From Candidatus Parcubacteria bacterium (lineage in GTDB: Bacteria; Patescibacteriota; Patescibacteriia; UBA1558; GWA2-36-10), in assembly GCA_018669975.1 (NCBI GenBank), contig JABHSK010000007.1:390-64389 (forward strand): a stretch of 64,000 nucleotides of DNA, in the 5' to 3' direction. The notes under the pieces were generated by a model that had not been told where the DNA came from, searched no databases, and worked only from the letters and a program-made list of their open reading frames with translations. Both the position numbers and the translations under genes were made by a program. The number at the start of each line of letters is the position of its first letter. Positions within the stretch are counted from its first letter, which is position 1. Of this stretch, positions 1 through 9,675 are shown piece after piece.

Positions 1-368
1 ATGATCGTTATATTAGAACTTTTTGTGCTCGTAATCGTAACAGCCGCTGGTCTAATAACACCTTGAGCTATGCTGAGCAACTCATAAAAAATGGGTTAAT
101 GATGCCTAATGGCATGAAGTATTATGAGCTAGGAAAACAAAAACCAACTCATGACCATGGTATCCCCAAAAATCCCAGAATGCCAAAAGATCTCAAAAAA
201 ACTCTAGAACAAAATAAGCTAGCTAAACAAACCTTTGATTCTATAATCCCTTCTAAAAAGAAAATGATTTATCGTTGGATTCTTAGGGGTAAACTAGCGT
301 CAACTAGGGAAAAAAGGATTTCCTTGGTAAATAAAGAAATGAAAGCCGGTAATAAAAATTTTATGTAA
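1..368 (+). CDS. YdeI/OmpD-associated family protein, 5'-partial (frame open to window start)
   Basis: Frame of ORF 63..368 extends upstream (DRYIRTFCARNRNSRWS); C-terminal F..I.PS.K..IYRWI...K...TREKRI pattern typical of YdeI/OmdA. Confidence 0.7.
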   Translation, partial: DRYIRTFCARNRNSRWSNNTLSYAEQLIKNGLMMPNGMKYYELGKQKPTHDHGIPKNPRMPKDLKKTLEQNKLAKQTFDSIIPSKKKMIYRWILRGKLASTREKRISLVNKEMKAGNKNFM

Positions 369-414
369 ATAAGTTCTTATAAGAAGTGTCACGGCTGGTA
401 AATCTTAATTTGTC

Positions 415-480
415 TATAATAAGTTATAATCTCGTTTACTAGGTCCCGCCATTTACTATCGCCATTTAGGCGATTTTTTG
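415..480 (+). repeat. Direct repeat copy 1 (40-bp core plus terminator-like hairpin)
   Basis: TATAATAAGTTATAATCTCGTTTACTAGGTCCCGCCATTT matches 1270-1309 with 2 mismatches; followed by TCGCC/GGCGA hairpin and T run. Confidence 0.85.
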
Positions 481-493
481 ATATAATTATTCT

Positions 494-1261
494 ATGAGAA
501 AGAGTAAATTTCTACAGGCAGCTATTAGGGCCGCTAAAAAATCCGAAAAAGTAATTTTGAAATACTATTCCAATAATAGTATTAAATTTAATACTAAGAA
601 AGATAATTCTCCAGTAACTATCGCTGACGTTAAAGCTGAAAAAATTATAATTGATGAAATAAAAAAGAATTTTCCTAACCACAGTTTCTTAGGTGAAGAA
701 TCAGGCCAATCTAAAAATAATTCAGAGTATCAGTGGATTATAGATCCCATAGATGGAACAACAAACTTTACTAGAGGTATTCCTTTCTTTTCTACAGAGA
801 TAGCTTTGATGAAAAATGGTAAATTTATACTGGGAGTTTCTAATGCGCCAGCCCTACAAGAAATGCTTTATGCTGAAAAAGGCAAGGGAGCATATAAGGA
901 TAGTCAAAAAATTAGTGTCTCTAATATAAAAAATATAAAAGAAGCTTATTCTAGTACTGGTAGTTTGAAATATTTTGTACGGAATAAACAAGATAAAAAT
1001 TTATCTCATTTGAATAATGATATACGCAGACATAGGATCTTCGGTGATTTCTGGAATTATCATCTGTTAGCCTGCGGTAAGGTGGATATTGTTATAGAGG
1101 CTAATACTAAAATTTGGGACATAGCTGCTTTGTTGGTTATTGTAGAAGAGTCTGGCGGTAAGGTTACTGATATTACAGGCAAATCTATAGATATTAATTC
1201 TACAGACATTATTGCCACAAATGGTAAATTACATAGTAAAGTATTAAGTTATTTTAAGTAA
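494..1261 (+). CDS. Inositol monophosphatase family (SuhB/HisN-like)
   Basis: GEE, WIIDPIDGTTNF and IWDIAA motifs. Confidence 0.9.
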   Translation: MRKSKFLQAAIRAAKKSEKVILKYYSNNSIKFNTKKDNSPVTIADVKAEKIIIDEIKKNFPNHSFLGEESGQSKNNSEYQWIIDPIDGTTNFTRGIPFFSTEIALMKNGKFILGVSNAPALQEMLYAEKGKGAYKDSQKISVSNIKNIKEAYSSTGSLKYFVRNKQDKNLSHLNNDIRRHRIFGDFWNYHLLACGKVDIVIEANTKIWDIAALLVIVEESGGKVTDITGKSIDINSTDIIATNGKLHSKVLSYFK

Positions 1262-1269
1262 ATTTATTT

Positions 1270-1335
1270 TATAATAAGTTATAATTTCGTTTACTAGGTC
1301 CCTCCATTTTTTGTCGCTATTTTGGCGATTTTTTG
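1270..1335 (+). repeat. Direct repeat copy 2
   Basis: TATAATAAGTTATAATTTCGTTTACTAGGTCCCTCCATTT plus TCGCT/GGCGA hairpin and T run. Confidence 0.85.
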
Positions 1336-1456
1336 TTTGGATAATTTTTTTTATAAAAAAAAGAAGAGCTGGTCAGGCTCTTCATTGTTTTGTGACCATG
1401 GAGTGTTCTGTAGGGTTTCTTGTGAGGATTAACTCGACAACCGGACCCAGGAATGG

Positions 1457-1969
1457 TTACTGACGGATACAGCCAGCCTGTCCAAGGATCCAAACACCAT
1501 GTTCGGTCATCTGGTAGCGACCATCTCTATAACTCAGGACATTCCTGGCAACCAGGTTGTCCAAGTTGACGTGGTCGTCATGACCTTGTATGTGTTGACT
1601 TAAGCGCTGGAATTCTTCCCAGGCAAATGGCATCCAGGTATCAGGACTGAGCTGAAGACTAACAGCCACCACGTTGCTGAGGGCTTTTTCCAGTTGATTG
1701 CTCTGTAGTTCTGTGCCCCTGGGGGTACGACTGTCGATGCATCGGGGACCGATTACATCGGTACCGTGTTGCAATTGAGAGCCACCATCGGTCCAGCTCT
1801 GGGTCAGTGGGTCGGAATTGAATTCATAGGAAATTTGTACTGTGTCACCATGTTTTTCGACCAACAGGCCGATGGCTTCGGCAACGCTTTTGCCTTGAGC
1901 TGAAGTTGCAGTATCCTTGATGCGAGCTTCAAAACCGCCCGGCAACCTTGTTATGATCAGCTTGATCAT
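1457..1969 (-). CDS. Hypothetical protein (GC-richer accessory class)
   Basis: 170-aa ORF preceded by AAAGGAG; no family recognised. Confidence 0.65.
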   Translation of the reverse strand: MIKLIITRLPGGFEARIKDTATSAQGKSVAEAIGLLVEKHGDTVQISYEFNSDPLTQSWTDGGSQLQHGTDVIGPRCIDSRTPRGTELQSNQLEKALSNVVAVSLQLSPDTWMPFAWEEFQRLSQHIQGHDDHVNLDNLVARNVLSYRDGRYQMTEHGVWILGQAGCIRQ

Positions 1970-2028
1970 AATTCGACTCCTTTCGTAGTCGGGAATTACA
2001 GGTTTTACAATTTTTTCAAATCATCTTC

Positions 2029-2277
2029 TCAGGCTAGGCCTCTACGACGGAGCTCCATGGCTCCGACTACAGCAGAAAAAGTCTCGTCTTCGCTCATCAA
2101 TGGACCACCTTGGCGTTCGACCTCGACTTGAATGTCTTCGATCATATCCTCGGGGTGGCCAACTAAGCGCAGGCGAGTATAGAATGATTCTGGTGTGACA
2201 CCGCGAAGGGTGTGTAGGGACCGTAGCATTGTAGCTGCACCCATTACCCGTAGGCTACGAGTAGCTTGATCAAGCAT
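2029..2277 (-). CDS. Hypothetical protein, possibly 5'-truncated
   Basis: 82-aa GC-rich ORF with no SD; abuts the truncated tRNA. Confidence 0.45.
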   Translation of the reverse strand: MLDQATRSLRVMGAATMLRSLHTLRGVTPESFYTRLRLVGHPEDMIEDIQVEVERQGGPLMSEDETFSAVVGAMELRRRGLA

Positions 2278-2301
2278 AATAACTGAATATCAAAAAAATC
2301 G

Positions 2302-2364
2302 AGTGGTTTATTATGTCAGGTTTCCAACCTGAAGAGAGGGGTTCGATTCCCCTTACCCGCTCCA
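2302..2364 (+). pseudogene. 5'-truncated tRNA-Gly(TCC)
   Basis: Anticodon arm TCAGG-TTTCCAA-CCTGA, T arm AGGGG-TTCGATT-CCCCT and 3' TACCCGC-T-CCA are present; the 5' acceptor strand (GCGGGTA) is absent upstream. Confidence 0.85.
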
Positions 2365-2437
2365 AAAAATTCGCCATGATTGGCGTTTTTTGTTATACTA
2401 TAAATATTAAATATTTTTAATAATTTATTATAAAATT

Positions 2438-3142
2438 ATGCTAGGTAAAATGCTAGGTGCTAAAATTATCAAGGATCAACTAGATCAAAATTTAACACCA
2501 GAACAAAAAAAAATATTGTCTGATCCAAATTTTGCTCCAGATGTTGTAGATAAGCTAGGGAAAGACGCAAAAATATCCTTAGTTAAGGCGTTAACTAAAA
2601 TGAAAAAAGGAGTTGAATGGATGGGGAAATTGAAGAATCCGAGAGATATGGCAATTGAATTTCAACAAGGTGAAGATAAAAGGAAATACGATGATCGACT
2701 TGACCATAAAAAGTCAGCATCATATAAAGAATATGCCGATGCTAGAGGAATAGAAATAGAAAAAGATAGCCCTATACATGAAATTATTTTACGAGTAAAA
2801 AGCATAATAGCACAGAGGATTACAGGAGGAGAATTAATTGAAGATCCAGAATTAGCAAAAATGAGAGATAATTATACAGAAGTTTTACGAAATATTATTT
2901 TACAACGTATTGAAGAAGAGGAGGAAGAATTGCCGAAGGATTTAAACGATATTATTGAAGAAAATTCCTGGGGAACAATAAATTCAGATTTTTATAATAA
3001 ATTGAATCCACAGGATGATAATAATGAAAGAAGTATAAATTTTCTCAAAGATGATGAAGGGTTTACACATAGGGCAGAGGCAATGATTGCTGCTTTAAAT
3101 AATCCTAATACGAATGAAGAATTACAAATTGACGAGGAATAA
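2438..3142 (+). CDS. Hypothetical acidic helical protein
   Basis: 234-aa AT-rich ORF. Confidence 0.6.
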   Translation: MLGKMLGAKIIKDQLDQNLTPEQKKILSDPNFAPDVVDKLGKDAKISLVKALTKMKKGVEWMGKLKNPRDMAIEFQQGEDKRKYDDRLDHKKSASYKEYADARGIEIEKDSPIHEIILRVKSIIAQRITGGELIEDPELAKMRDNYTEVLRNIILQRIEEEEEELPKDLNDIIEENSWGTINSDFYNKLNPQDDNNERSINFLKDDEGFTHRAEAMIAALNNPNTNEELQIDEE

Positions 3143-3147
3143 CAATT

Positions 3148-3423
3148 ATGACACACGAAGAACTAAAAATATATATTAAAACACTTACTCATTTAAAGGA
3201 ATCAAAAATTAAAAAATATTTAGAGCAAGTAGATGAGTTAAAAAAAGAAGATATCCCAAAGGTGTATACATACTTATTTAAAAAAACTGCAGATTATTAT
3301 GCAGATATTGGTGGTGTTATTAATAAAATTGAAAAAGAAATTGACGAGGAATTATATAAATATAAGATCGCTAAAGACAAAAAAAATTTAGATGTGGTTA
3401 GAAATCAAATAGATGATTTATAA
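3148..3423 (+). CDS. Hypothetical protein
   Basis: 91-aa ORF starting 5 nt after the previous stop. Confidence 0.6.
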   Translation: MTHEELKIYIKTLTHLKESKIKKYLEQVDELKKEDIPKVYTYLFKKTADYYADIGGVINKIEKEIDEELYKYKIAKDKKNLDVVRNQIDDL

Positions 3424-3597
3424 GAATATAATTAAAAAGCCCGTGATGTCCGCGATAATAATTTTTTGCCATCTCTTAGTGTTTGTTTTTCATTAATTAT
3501 CAAGGCTTATGAAATATTTTATAACTCAGGTATAAAAAACACCCAGAAGGGTGCTTTTTTGTTTGTATTGATATTTGAATTTATTAGCAAGTGCATA

Positions 3598-3995
3598 CTA
3601 ATAGAATCTTTGATCTCCAAACCATTTTTTGTATAATTTTTTATATTCGCCGTTTTCTTTTAATTTTAAGATTATTCGATTGACTTGTTCACGTAAAGGA
3701 CTGTTTTCAGGAAAAGAAAAGCCATAAACCTGTTTTTTAAATAAATTATTTGCTAAAATAAATCTATCTGATTTATCTTCTTTGATATACTTATAGAGTA
3801 TGGGAGCATCAAATACAACTGCTTCTACAGTCTCTTTTTCCAACATTTTATAAGCTTCTTTGATAGTGTTGGTTTCTATTACATTAGCTCCTAGTTGCTG
3901 AAGAATTTTAACACTAGTTGTATTTCCTTTAGTGGCAACTTTTTTTGCTTTAAGATCATCCGGACTAGAAATATTTGATTTAGAGGAGTTTTCAA
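3598..3995 (-). pseudogene. C-terminal remnant of an amino-acid-binding (SBP family 3 / GluR0-like) protein
   Basis: Frame of ORF 3598..3846 extends upstream without an ATG (ISSPDDLKAKKVATKGNTTS); AVVFDAPIL, YGFSFPENSPLREQVNRIILKL, LYKKWFG. Confidence 0.7.
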
Positions 3996-4067
3996 TCCCA
4001 TGGTCGGAACATATGATTAATTTAAATAAAATTTTAAAGTAATATGTCAGTCACTAAGTTTCAAAAA

Positions 4068-4178
4068 TCATGGCAAAATTATCGTGATCAGGAGCTGACC
4101 CAAAATTTCGAGTGACAGGCTTTTGCGGCGACTGACCTGTTCTTTGCAGAGAACGCAGGTATGCATCTTGGGAGGCAT
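4068..4178 (-). CDS. Small CxxC peptide, likely truncated
   Basis: AAGGAG SD after the stop of the 4199..4762 gene; MPPKMHTCVLCKEQVSRRKSLSLEILG. Confidence 0.4.
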   Translation of the reverse strand: MPPKMHTCVLCKEQVSRRKSLSLEILGQLLITIILP

Positions 4179-4198
4179 AATCATGCTCCTTTGTAGGT

Positions 4199-4762
4199 TT
4201 AACTGAGAAATCTCCACAGTAGAGTGATCCAGACGACGACTGTTGTTGCTGCTGCACCAGGATCGAGACGTTTTTGTCTGACGATATTTAGTCCGACTGT
4301 CGACAGAGTAACATGAGAACCAAGTAGTATGGTAATCCACTTGAGATCATGATGACTAATGTCGTCAGTTAAGAAGTAGAACAAAAATGTCAGACCAAGA
4401 TATCCAGCCATAAAGATTACATGGATTGATCCAGCAACCGTTAAAGATTTTTTGGCAACCAGGTTATGGTCTGATGGTTGGGTTTTAATCCAAAGGATAT
4501 GCATGGGAACAGATATGAGTAGTCCAATTAGCCAGGCTATCAGCAGACCTATAAAAGACCACTGAGTGTGATAGCTGAAAATTATTCCAGCTAGCCAGGG
4601 TAGAAGTAGTACATCTGCCCAAAGGGCGACATGAGATATACAGGAAAATCCTTCATGAAAGCCGTGGCGTTTCATTTGCTTGTCTGTTAGATCACCGCGT
4701 ATAGCGGAACTAATCCACATCGCTAATGCTAGCGCCAGAAAGGCTATGAATCCTAAGTTCAT
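4199..4762 (-). CDS. Multi-pass membrane protein
   Basis: About six hydrophobic segments; AAAGGAG SD. Confidence 0.75.
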   Translation of the reverse strand: MNLGFIAFLALALAMWISSAIRGDLTDKQMKRHGFHEGFSCISHVALWADVLLLPWLAGIIFSYHTQWSFIGLLIAWLIGLLISVPMHILWIKTQPSDHNLVAKKSLTVAGSIHVIFMAGYLGLTFLFYFLTDDISHHDLKWITILLGSHVTLSTVGLNIVRQKRLDPGAAATTVVVWITLLWRFLS

Positions 4763-4772
4763 TAGAAACTCC

Positions 4773-4837
4773 TTTGTAAAGGTTCGTGTACATAAAAATA
4801 CTTATAAATATAGCACAAAATAGCCTTTTTGTCAATA
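4773..4837 (-). promoter_or_regulatory. Sigma70-type promoter plus GAACCTT leader motif; near-duplicate of 10057-10120
   Basis: TTGACA-17-TATATT then GAACCTTTACAAAGGAG. Confidence 0.7.
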
Positions 4838-4883
4838 GATAAATAAAAAACCTGCCGAGGTGTACTCGACAGGCATAAATAAT

Positions 4884-6089
4884 TTATTCCAACCAAATAG
4901 GTGCTGACAGGCCTTTTCCTTTGCCTCTGTGTACGAGGAAGAAATTTTGCTGAGGAGGCTCGTAGCTAGCTTTGATATTCAGCGCATAGGCGTTGAAACC
5001 AATTAGTGAGCCGTTACAGACAAAATTGGCCATATTGTGGTATTGGTGGAAGTGAGCAAAAACATCGACATCAGCTCGACGAGCTTTGTTCCACTGTGCA
5101 ATGGCCTTGTTGACTGGAATGGTGATCCCACCAACGCCGCCACCGTAACGAATGGCATGACCATGATGGAAGCGCAACATGTAGCCGTAGACATCCATAT
5201 AGGTATGGTAGCCATCAGCAATAATGAACTCGACTCTTTTTTCACCGCGGAAATGAAGAGCCAGGTTGTAATACATATAGCGTTCCAGGGAATTGCCTTG
5301 TTCGGTGCTGTAGTGGACACGTTTGGTCATGCGACTGTGATTGCCGACATTGCAAACGATTACAAGATCACACTTGCTGTGATTGAGCAAAAAATTGATC
5401 CCAGAGATGAGCATGTTCTGCACAAACCAAATTGCCTCGGCTGGCAACATAGAGTTGTTTTCTTGCAACTCTTCATGGATAGTATTGGAGATGAAATCTC
5501 CGAGTAGAGCCATGACAATGGTTTTGATACGGGCATCACGCTGGGCATTACGGACCAGCTTAGTGCTATTACTGAAAAACTTTTTCCCTCTGGCAATAGC
5601 GATATCGGGATCAAACTCATTGAGCCCACTTACAGTGGCAGGGTTGACGGTTTCGTCTACGTGCCAGTCACTGGCTGAAATTACAGCTGTAGCTTCAGTA
5701 GTGCCAGCCTTACTGGGACGAATAGTCATAGTTTGCGGAGTTTGACGTAGTTGTACCACAGCATCAAGCTTGGCTTGCAGCTCTTCATAGTCAGCTGCCA
5801 GTCGTCTGTACTTTTTGGTGGTGGTACGTTTGTCTAAGCGAGCTCGGAAGATTTTTTGGTCTTGCGCAACTGTTGTGGCGAGTACCTCAGGATCAACACG
5901 ACCCAATTCCAGCTCTTCCATTTTGAGGATGACTGATTCTTTGGATCGACCCAAGGCTTTGGCCAGTTGTTCGTCTCCCATATGAACGTAATTTTCGGTT
6001 AGCCAAGCCACGTCGGCACGTGACCAGCGACCTTTTTTACGTCCCTTTTTAGCAACGGGAGTTTTCCCTCTGGTTTTCTTGGCGGCCAT
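4884..6089 (-). CDS. Calcineurin-like metallophosphoesterase with N-terminal HTH-like and coiled-coil region (phage-type)
   Basis: SDWH, LLGD, GNH, HHGH and AHFH metal-binding motifs. Confidence 0.8.
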   Translation of the reverse strand: MAAKKTRGKTPVAKKGRKKGRWSRADVAWLTENYVHMGDEQLAKALGRSKESVILKMEELELGRVDPEVLATTVAQDQKIFRARLDKRTTTKKYRRLAADYEELQAKLDAVVQLRQTPQTMTIRPSKAGTTEATAVISASDWHVDETVNPATVSGLNEFDPDIAIARGKKFFSNSTKLVRNAQRDARIKTIVMALLGDFISNTIHEELQENNSMLPAEAIWFVQNMLISGINFLLNHSKCDLVIVCNVGNHSRMTKRVHYSTEQGNSLERYMYYNLALHFRGEKRVEFIIADGYHTYMDVYGYMLRFHHGHAIRYGGGVGGITIPVNKAIAQWNKARRADVDVFAHFHQYHNMANFVCNGSLIGFNAYALNIKASYEPPQQNFFLVHRGKGKGLSAPIWLE

Positions 6090-6387
6090 GTTTTTACACT
6101 CCTTTAGTGTAGGGGTAATTGTTTGGGTTGGATTATTATTAAGGAACTATGCATAAAGCAGTTGATTTAGCTGATAATTAGTTATTACTGCCTCCTTTTA
6201 GGATTATCAACTGCGGAAAAAGACATTGGAGTATTTTAGTATTTTTAGTCATTTTTGTCAATAAGATTACTTTTTTGGTAAATATTAAGCATCCTTGCTT
6301 TTTTAATAATGTCAGCGTACAATGGAGAATGTTTAAATCGTTGTTTTAACAATTAAAACTTCCTAATAGAAGAAGGAGGGGTTCGAC

Positions 6388-8466
6388 ATGAGAGTAGTAT
6401 TAGGAGCAATGCTCCAAGTTATCCTTTGGTCTAGTTTTATGATAACCGTCAGAAGTATTTTGCATGAATTTGCCCGGCAATGTATTGCTGCTGGGGCAGT
6501 TCTTAGGGGCAGGAAAGTCCTCAACGTTGTCATTATTAAGTCATCTAGATATGACAGTGAAGATGGTTTTGTCTGGCGTAATTGGAAGGCAATTCTGCCT
6601 AGTAATACTCAGGCAACCATTTATAGTCTAGTTAAAGATATTCAAACAAATTGGCGTTTGGGTATGAAAACTGTGATTATCACACGAGAATATGATGAGA
6701 CTGTTCAGGATGTAAATCCGGCACGGATTACTCGTCTCTGTAATACGTTTTCCGCACAGACATTAGTTATGGTAGTAGGTGTTCAAACAAACGAGTTTGC
6801 TAGAGCTTCCGATGTTGCTTTGGATTTTCAAGCAAGAGGAATTCAGGCGATTATCGGTGGTTTTCATGTTTCGGGAGTACTTAAGGTATTTCCAAGAGAT
6901 GGAAGTGAACTTAGTTGCAGAGCGCACAGGGAAATGGGTCTAGATAGACTGACAGACAAAGGTGTTTCGCTTTTTGCTGGTGAAGCAGAGGGCAGGATGC
7001 TTAATTTGTTGTTGGACTTCATGAATAATCAGTTTCAGAGGGTGTACGATTATTTGTTAGATCCTCCGGATTTAACAAATGAAGCTGTGCCAGAGCCAGT
7101 CTGGTCCATTCGTCATCATTTTATCTTTCCTGGATCAAGTACTGTTGATACCTGTAGGGGTTGTCCCTTCAAGTGTACATATTGTACTATCAAAAATGTT
7201 CAGGGTAGGAAAATTCGTGCTCGAGGTGTTCCAGTGTACGTCGATGGGTTACGTCGTAATTGGCGACAAGGTATCAATGCTTATTTTGTCACTTCAGACA
7301 ATGAAGCTAGGGACCCTCTTTGGCCTGAGCGTTTTGAAGCTCAGATTGCTATGCGTGAGCAGGAGGGGATTGAAACCGGTTTTATGGTGCAGGTAGACAC
7401 ACAGTGTCATAAGATTCAAGGATTCATACCTCAAGCTGCCGCTGCAGGCTGCAATGCTGCTTTCATCGGTTTGGAGACTGTTAATCCTGACAATCTTCAA
7501 GCAGTAGACAAGAAGCAGAATCGTGTCAGTGAATATCATGACCTTAATGAAGCCTTGCGTAAGCACGGAATAGCTATACAGTATGGCTATATGATTGGTC
7601 TGCCCCATGACACTTTTGATTCTGTAGTGCGCGATGTTGACACTTTGATTGAGTTGGAACCCGACTTGACCACCTTCTTTATCGCTACACCTTTACCAGG
7701 AGCAGATGACCATCAGGGATTCTTCAAGGCTGGGATAGCTATGGATAGCGACCCCAATGCCTATGATTGTTTTTCCAGAGTTGTAATGGACCATCCTCTA
7801 ATGAGTAGGGAAGAGCTTTTGAGGGCGTATCAGTACGCCTGGCAAAAGATGTACTCAGTAGAGAATATGGTTCGTATCCTGAAAAACAATACTGGAGAGT
7901 ACTACTGGCGTAGATTCTGGAGTTTGACCTGGTATAAGTACGCTTTAGATGTAGCTGAGCGCCATCCGATGATTACGGGCTTTGTCCGTTTGCGCAGTCG
8001 TCACTCCCGACGAAAGACCTTTCCTCAAATGAGTTGGGGTAAATTTCAGCTTTACAACCTGATGGAAAATATCAGGATGTGGAGGAAAACCCTGAGGTTG
8101 GGAAAAACCATGATAGAGACATGGCTCCAATCTCGTCAGCGGAGTGAGATAGAGCAGAGGATTGGTAACTTGGTTGCCTCTCGCGGTGGTAAATGGGTGT
8201 CACTAAGAGTGATAGACCTAAAAGAAGTTTACCGAGCGCAAGGTCTAAAAGTTCCTAGTGTTTCTCAGCTCGTCAGTCAGATGATTACGGCCAGAACAAC
8301 TCGGCAAGACATCGAGGAGAATTGGACTGCCTTGAAGTATAAAATTTCCAGAGGTAAAGTCTGGGAGCTTCTCAGGCCCAATTCAATTCGTTTTGTACTG
8401 ACTGATATTTGTCTACACCTTCTCTTTATTAAAGAGCTCTTAACGGGCTCCCGTACAAACATCTAG
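6388..8466 (+). CDS. B12-binding radical SAM protein
   Basis: IIGGFH, GEAE, RGCPFKCTYC, FIGLET, IGLPHDT, TPLPG. Confidence 0.85.
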   Translation: MRVVLGAMLQVILWSSFMITVRSILHEFARQCIAAGAVLRGRKVLNVVIIKSSRYDSEDGFVWRNWKAILPSNTQATIYSLVKDIQTNWRLGMKTVIITREYDETVQDVNPARITRLCNTFSAQTLVMVVGVQTNEFARASDVALDFQARGIQAIIGGFHVSGVLKVFPRDGSELSCRAHREMGLDRLTDKGVSLFAGEAEGRMLNLLLDFMNNQFQRVYDYLLDPPDLTNEAVPEPVWSIRHHFIFPGSSTVDTCRGCPFKCTYCTIKNVQGRKIRARGVPVYVDGLRRNWRQGINAYFVTSDNEARDPLWPERFEAQIAMREQEGIETGFMVQVDTQCHKIQGFIPQAAAAGCNAAFIGLETVNPDNLQAVDKKQNRVSEYHDLNEALRKHGIAIQYGYMIGLPHDTFDSVVRDVDTLIELEPDLTTFFIATPLPGADDHQGFFKAGIAMDSDPNAYDCFSRVVMDHPLMSREELLRAYQYAWQKMYSVENMVRILKNNTGEYYWRRFWSLTWYKYALDVAERHPMITGFVRLRSRHSRRKTFPQMSWGKFQLYNLMENIRMWRKTLRLGKTMIETWLQSRQRSEIEQRIGNLVASRGGKWVSLRVIDLKEVYRAQGLKVPSVSQLVSQMITARTTRQDIEENWTALKYKISRGKVWELLRPNSIRFVLTDICLHLLFIKELLTGSRTNI

Positions 8467-8554
8467 GAGGTTTTGTTATTTGTGTCCCGCGGTTTTGTCA
8501 TGGTATGACAGGCCGCGGGTTTTTTATTCATGCAGTTTTTGCTATAATATATAC

Positions 8555-8950
8555 ATGGTAGACAAAAAACAAAAAAAACAACTAATATTTTTTTCCTTAG
8601 CTGTTTTATGGGGGATGTTAATCTTTTATTTATCTTCTACACCAAATTTATCTAGTGGTCTACCTAGTACTTATGATTTGATTTTGAGGAAAACAGCCCA
8701 TGTGGTGGTATTTATGGTTTTGACTTACTTAATTGCTAGTAGTTTTGATAGTCATAATAGGCGCTATCTTTTATTTGTTATTGTAGTAGCTGTTGTCTAT
8801 GCTTTTATAGATGAATTACATCAGGTATTTGTAGTTACTAGATCGGGTAATCCAACAGATATTATTATTGATTCAGTGGGGGTGTACTTTGGTATATGGT
8901 TGTACAAACATCAACCTCCAAATAAACTATTTAAAAAATTTATAAAATAG
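8555..8950 (+). CDS. VanZ family membrane protein
   Basis: RKTAH and DELHQVFVVTRSG..DI..D motifs; start reassigned to ATG 8555. Confidence 0.85.
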   Translation: MVDKKQKKQLIFFSLAVLWGMLIFYLSSTPNLSSGLPSTYDLILRKTAHVVVFMVLTYLIASSFDSHNRRYLLFVIVVAVVYAFIDELHQVFVVTRSGNPTDIIIDSVGVYFGIWLYKHQPPNKLFKKFIK

Positions 8951-9019
8951 AAACAGGCCGCGTGAACGTTCACACGGCCTGTGCTTTTTTAGGGTGGAGG
9001 AGTTATGCGAACATAGGAG

Positions 9020-9397
9020 CTAGGCTTCTTGCGATTCGGGTTTTAAGTTTCTACGGACAGTCAGTAGGATAGCGATGGAGATGAGAATGCTCGTTATGAC
9101 AAACAAAACTCCAACGATGTCTCCGCTGAGGTTGAAGTAGTGCTCCAGGAAGTGTCCCTGGTATACTTCTTCATTTCCCAAAGCGCGTAGATGTTTTTCC
9201 AGTTGGGTAATAGGACAACCTTTAAAAATGCACTGAGCTATTGGTGTGACAATAATCCAGAGAAGTAAGAAGATATTGATAAAGATGGAGCGGTAGCCGT
9301 ATTTGATGGTAAATATAGCCCCTAGAAATGAGAGAGCTATCATCAAAGCGTGGCTAGCAGCTACTAGGTCAGCCAGGAGACTGTAAGGAATATCCAT
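9020..9397 (-). CDS. DUF2784-like membrane protein
   Basis: LADLV...H, CPITQLEKHLR, Y.GHFLEHY. Confidence 0.75.
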   Translation of the reverse strand: MDIPYSLLADLVAASHALMIALSFLGAIFTIKYGYRSIFINIFLLLWIIVTPIAQCIFKGCPITQLEKHLRALGNEEVYQGHFLEHYFNLSGDIVGVLFVITSILISIAILLTVRRNLKPESQEA

Positions 9398-9675
9398 TAG
9401 TCACCTCCCATGGTAGAGTAGCGCATGAGAGCACCAACCAGTGTCCAGACAAAAAAGTATAGTTGCACACAGAGTGTGCCCCAGGCTTTTTGTCGCCAAC
9501 ATTCTATGGCAGCTCCAACTTGTCCGATCATCATGCAGGTGCAGAAGACCAAGTAGTGTTCGTCGCTGAGTTGACCAGCTTCTAGTTGGTGCCAAGCCCA
9601 AGCTATCATTTGGCAGGCGAGCATCAAATAGATGAACACCTGTCCCTGACTAGGGAGTTTAATTTCGCGTTCCAC
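9397..9675 (-). CDS. Small membrane protein
   Basis: 92 aa, three hydrophobic stretches, AAGGAGG SD, overlaps neighbours. Confidence 0.65.
   Translation of the reverse strand: MEREIKLPSQGQVFIYLMLACQMIAWAWHQLEAGQLSDEHYLVFCTCMMIGQVGAAIECWRQKAWGTLCVQLYFFVWTLVGALMRYSTMGGD

Noticed and set aside
415-1335. CRISPR or integron attC interpretation of the direct repeats
   Set aside because: Only two copies about 850 bp apart; no cas or intI gene and no attC R-box symmetry
5003-5745. Nested ORFs inside the phosphoesterase gene, and similar antisense ORFs in other genes
   Set aside because: No recognisable motifs or start signals; overlap well-supported genes
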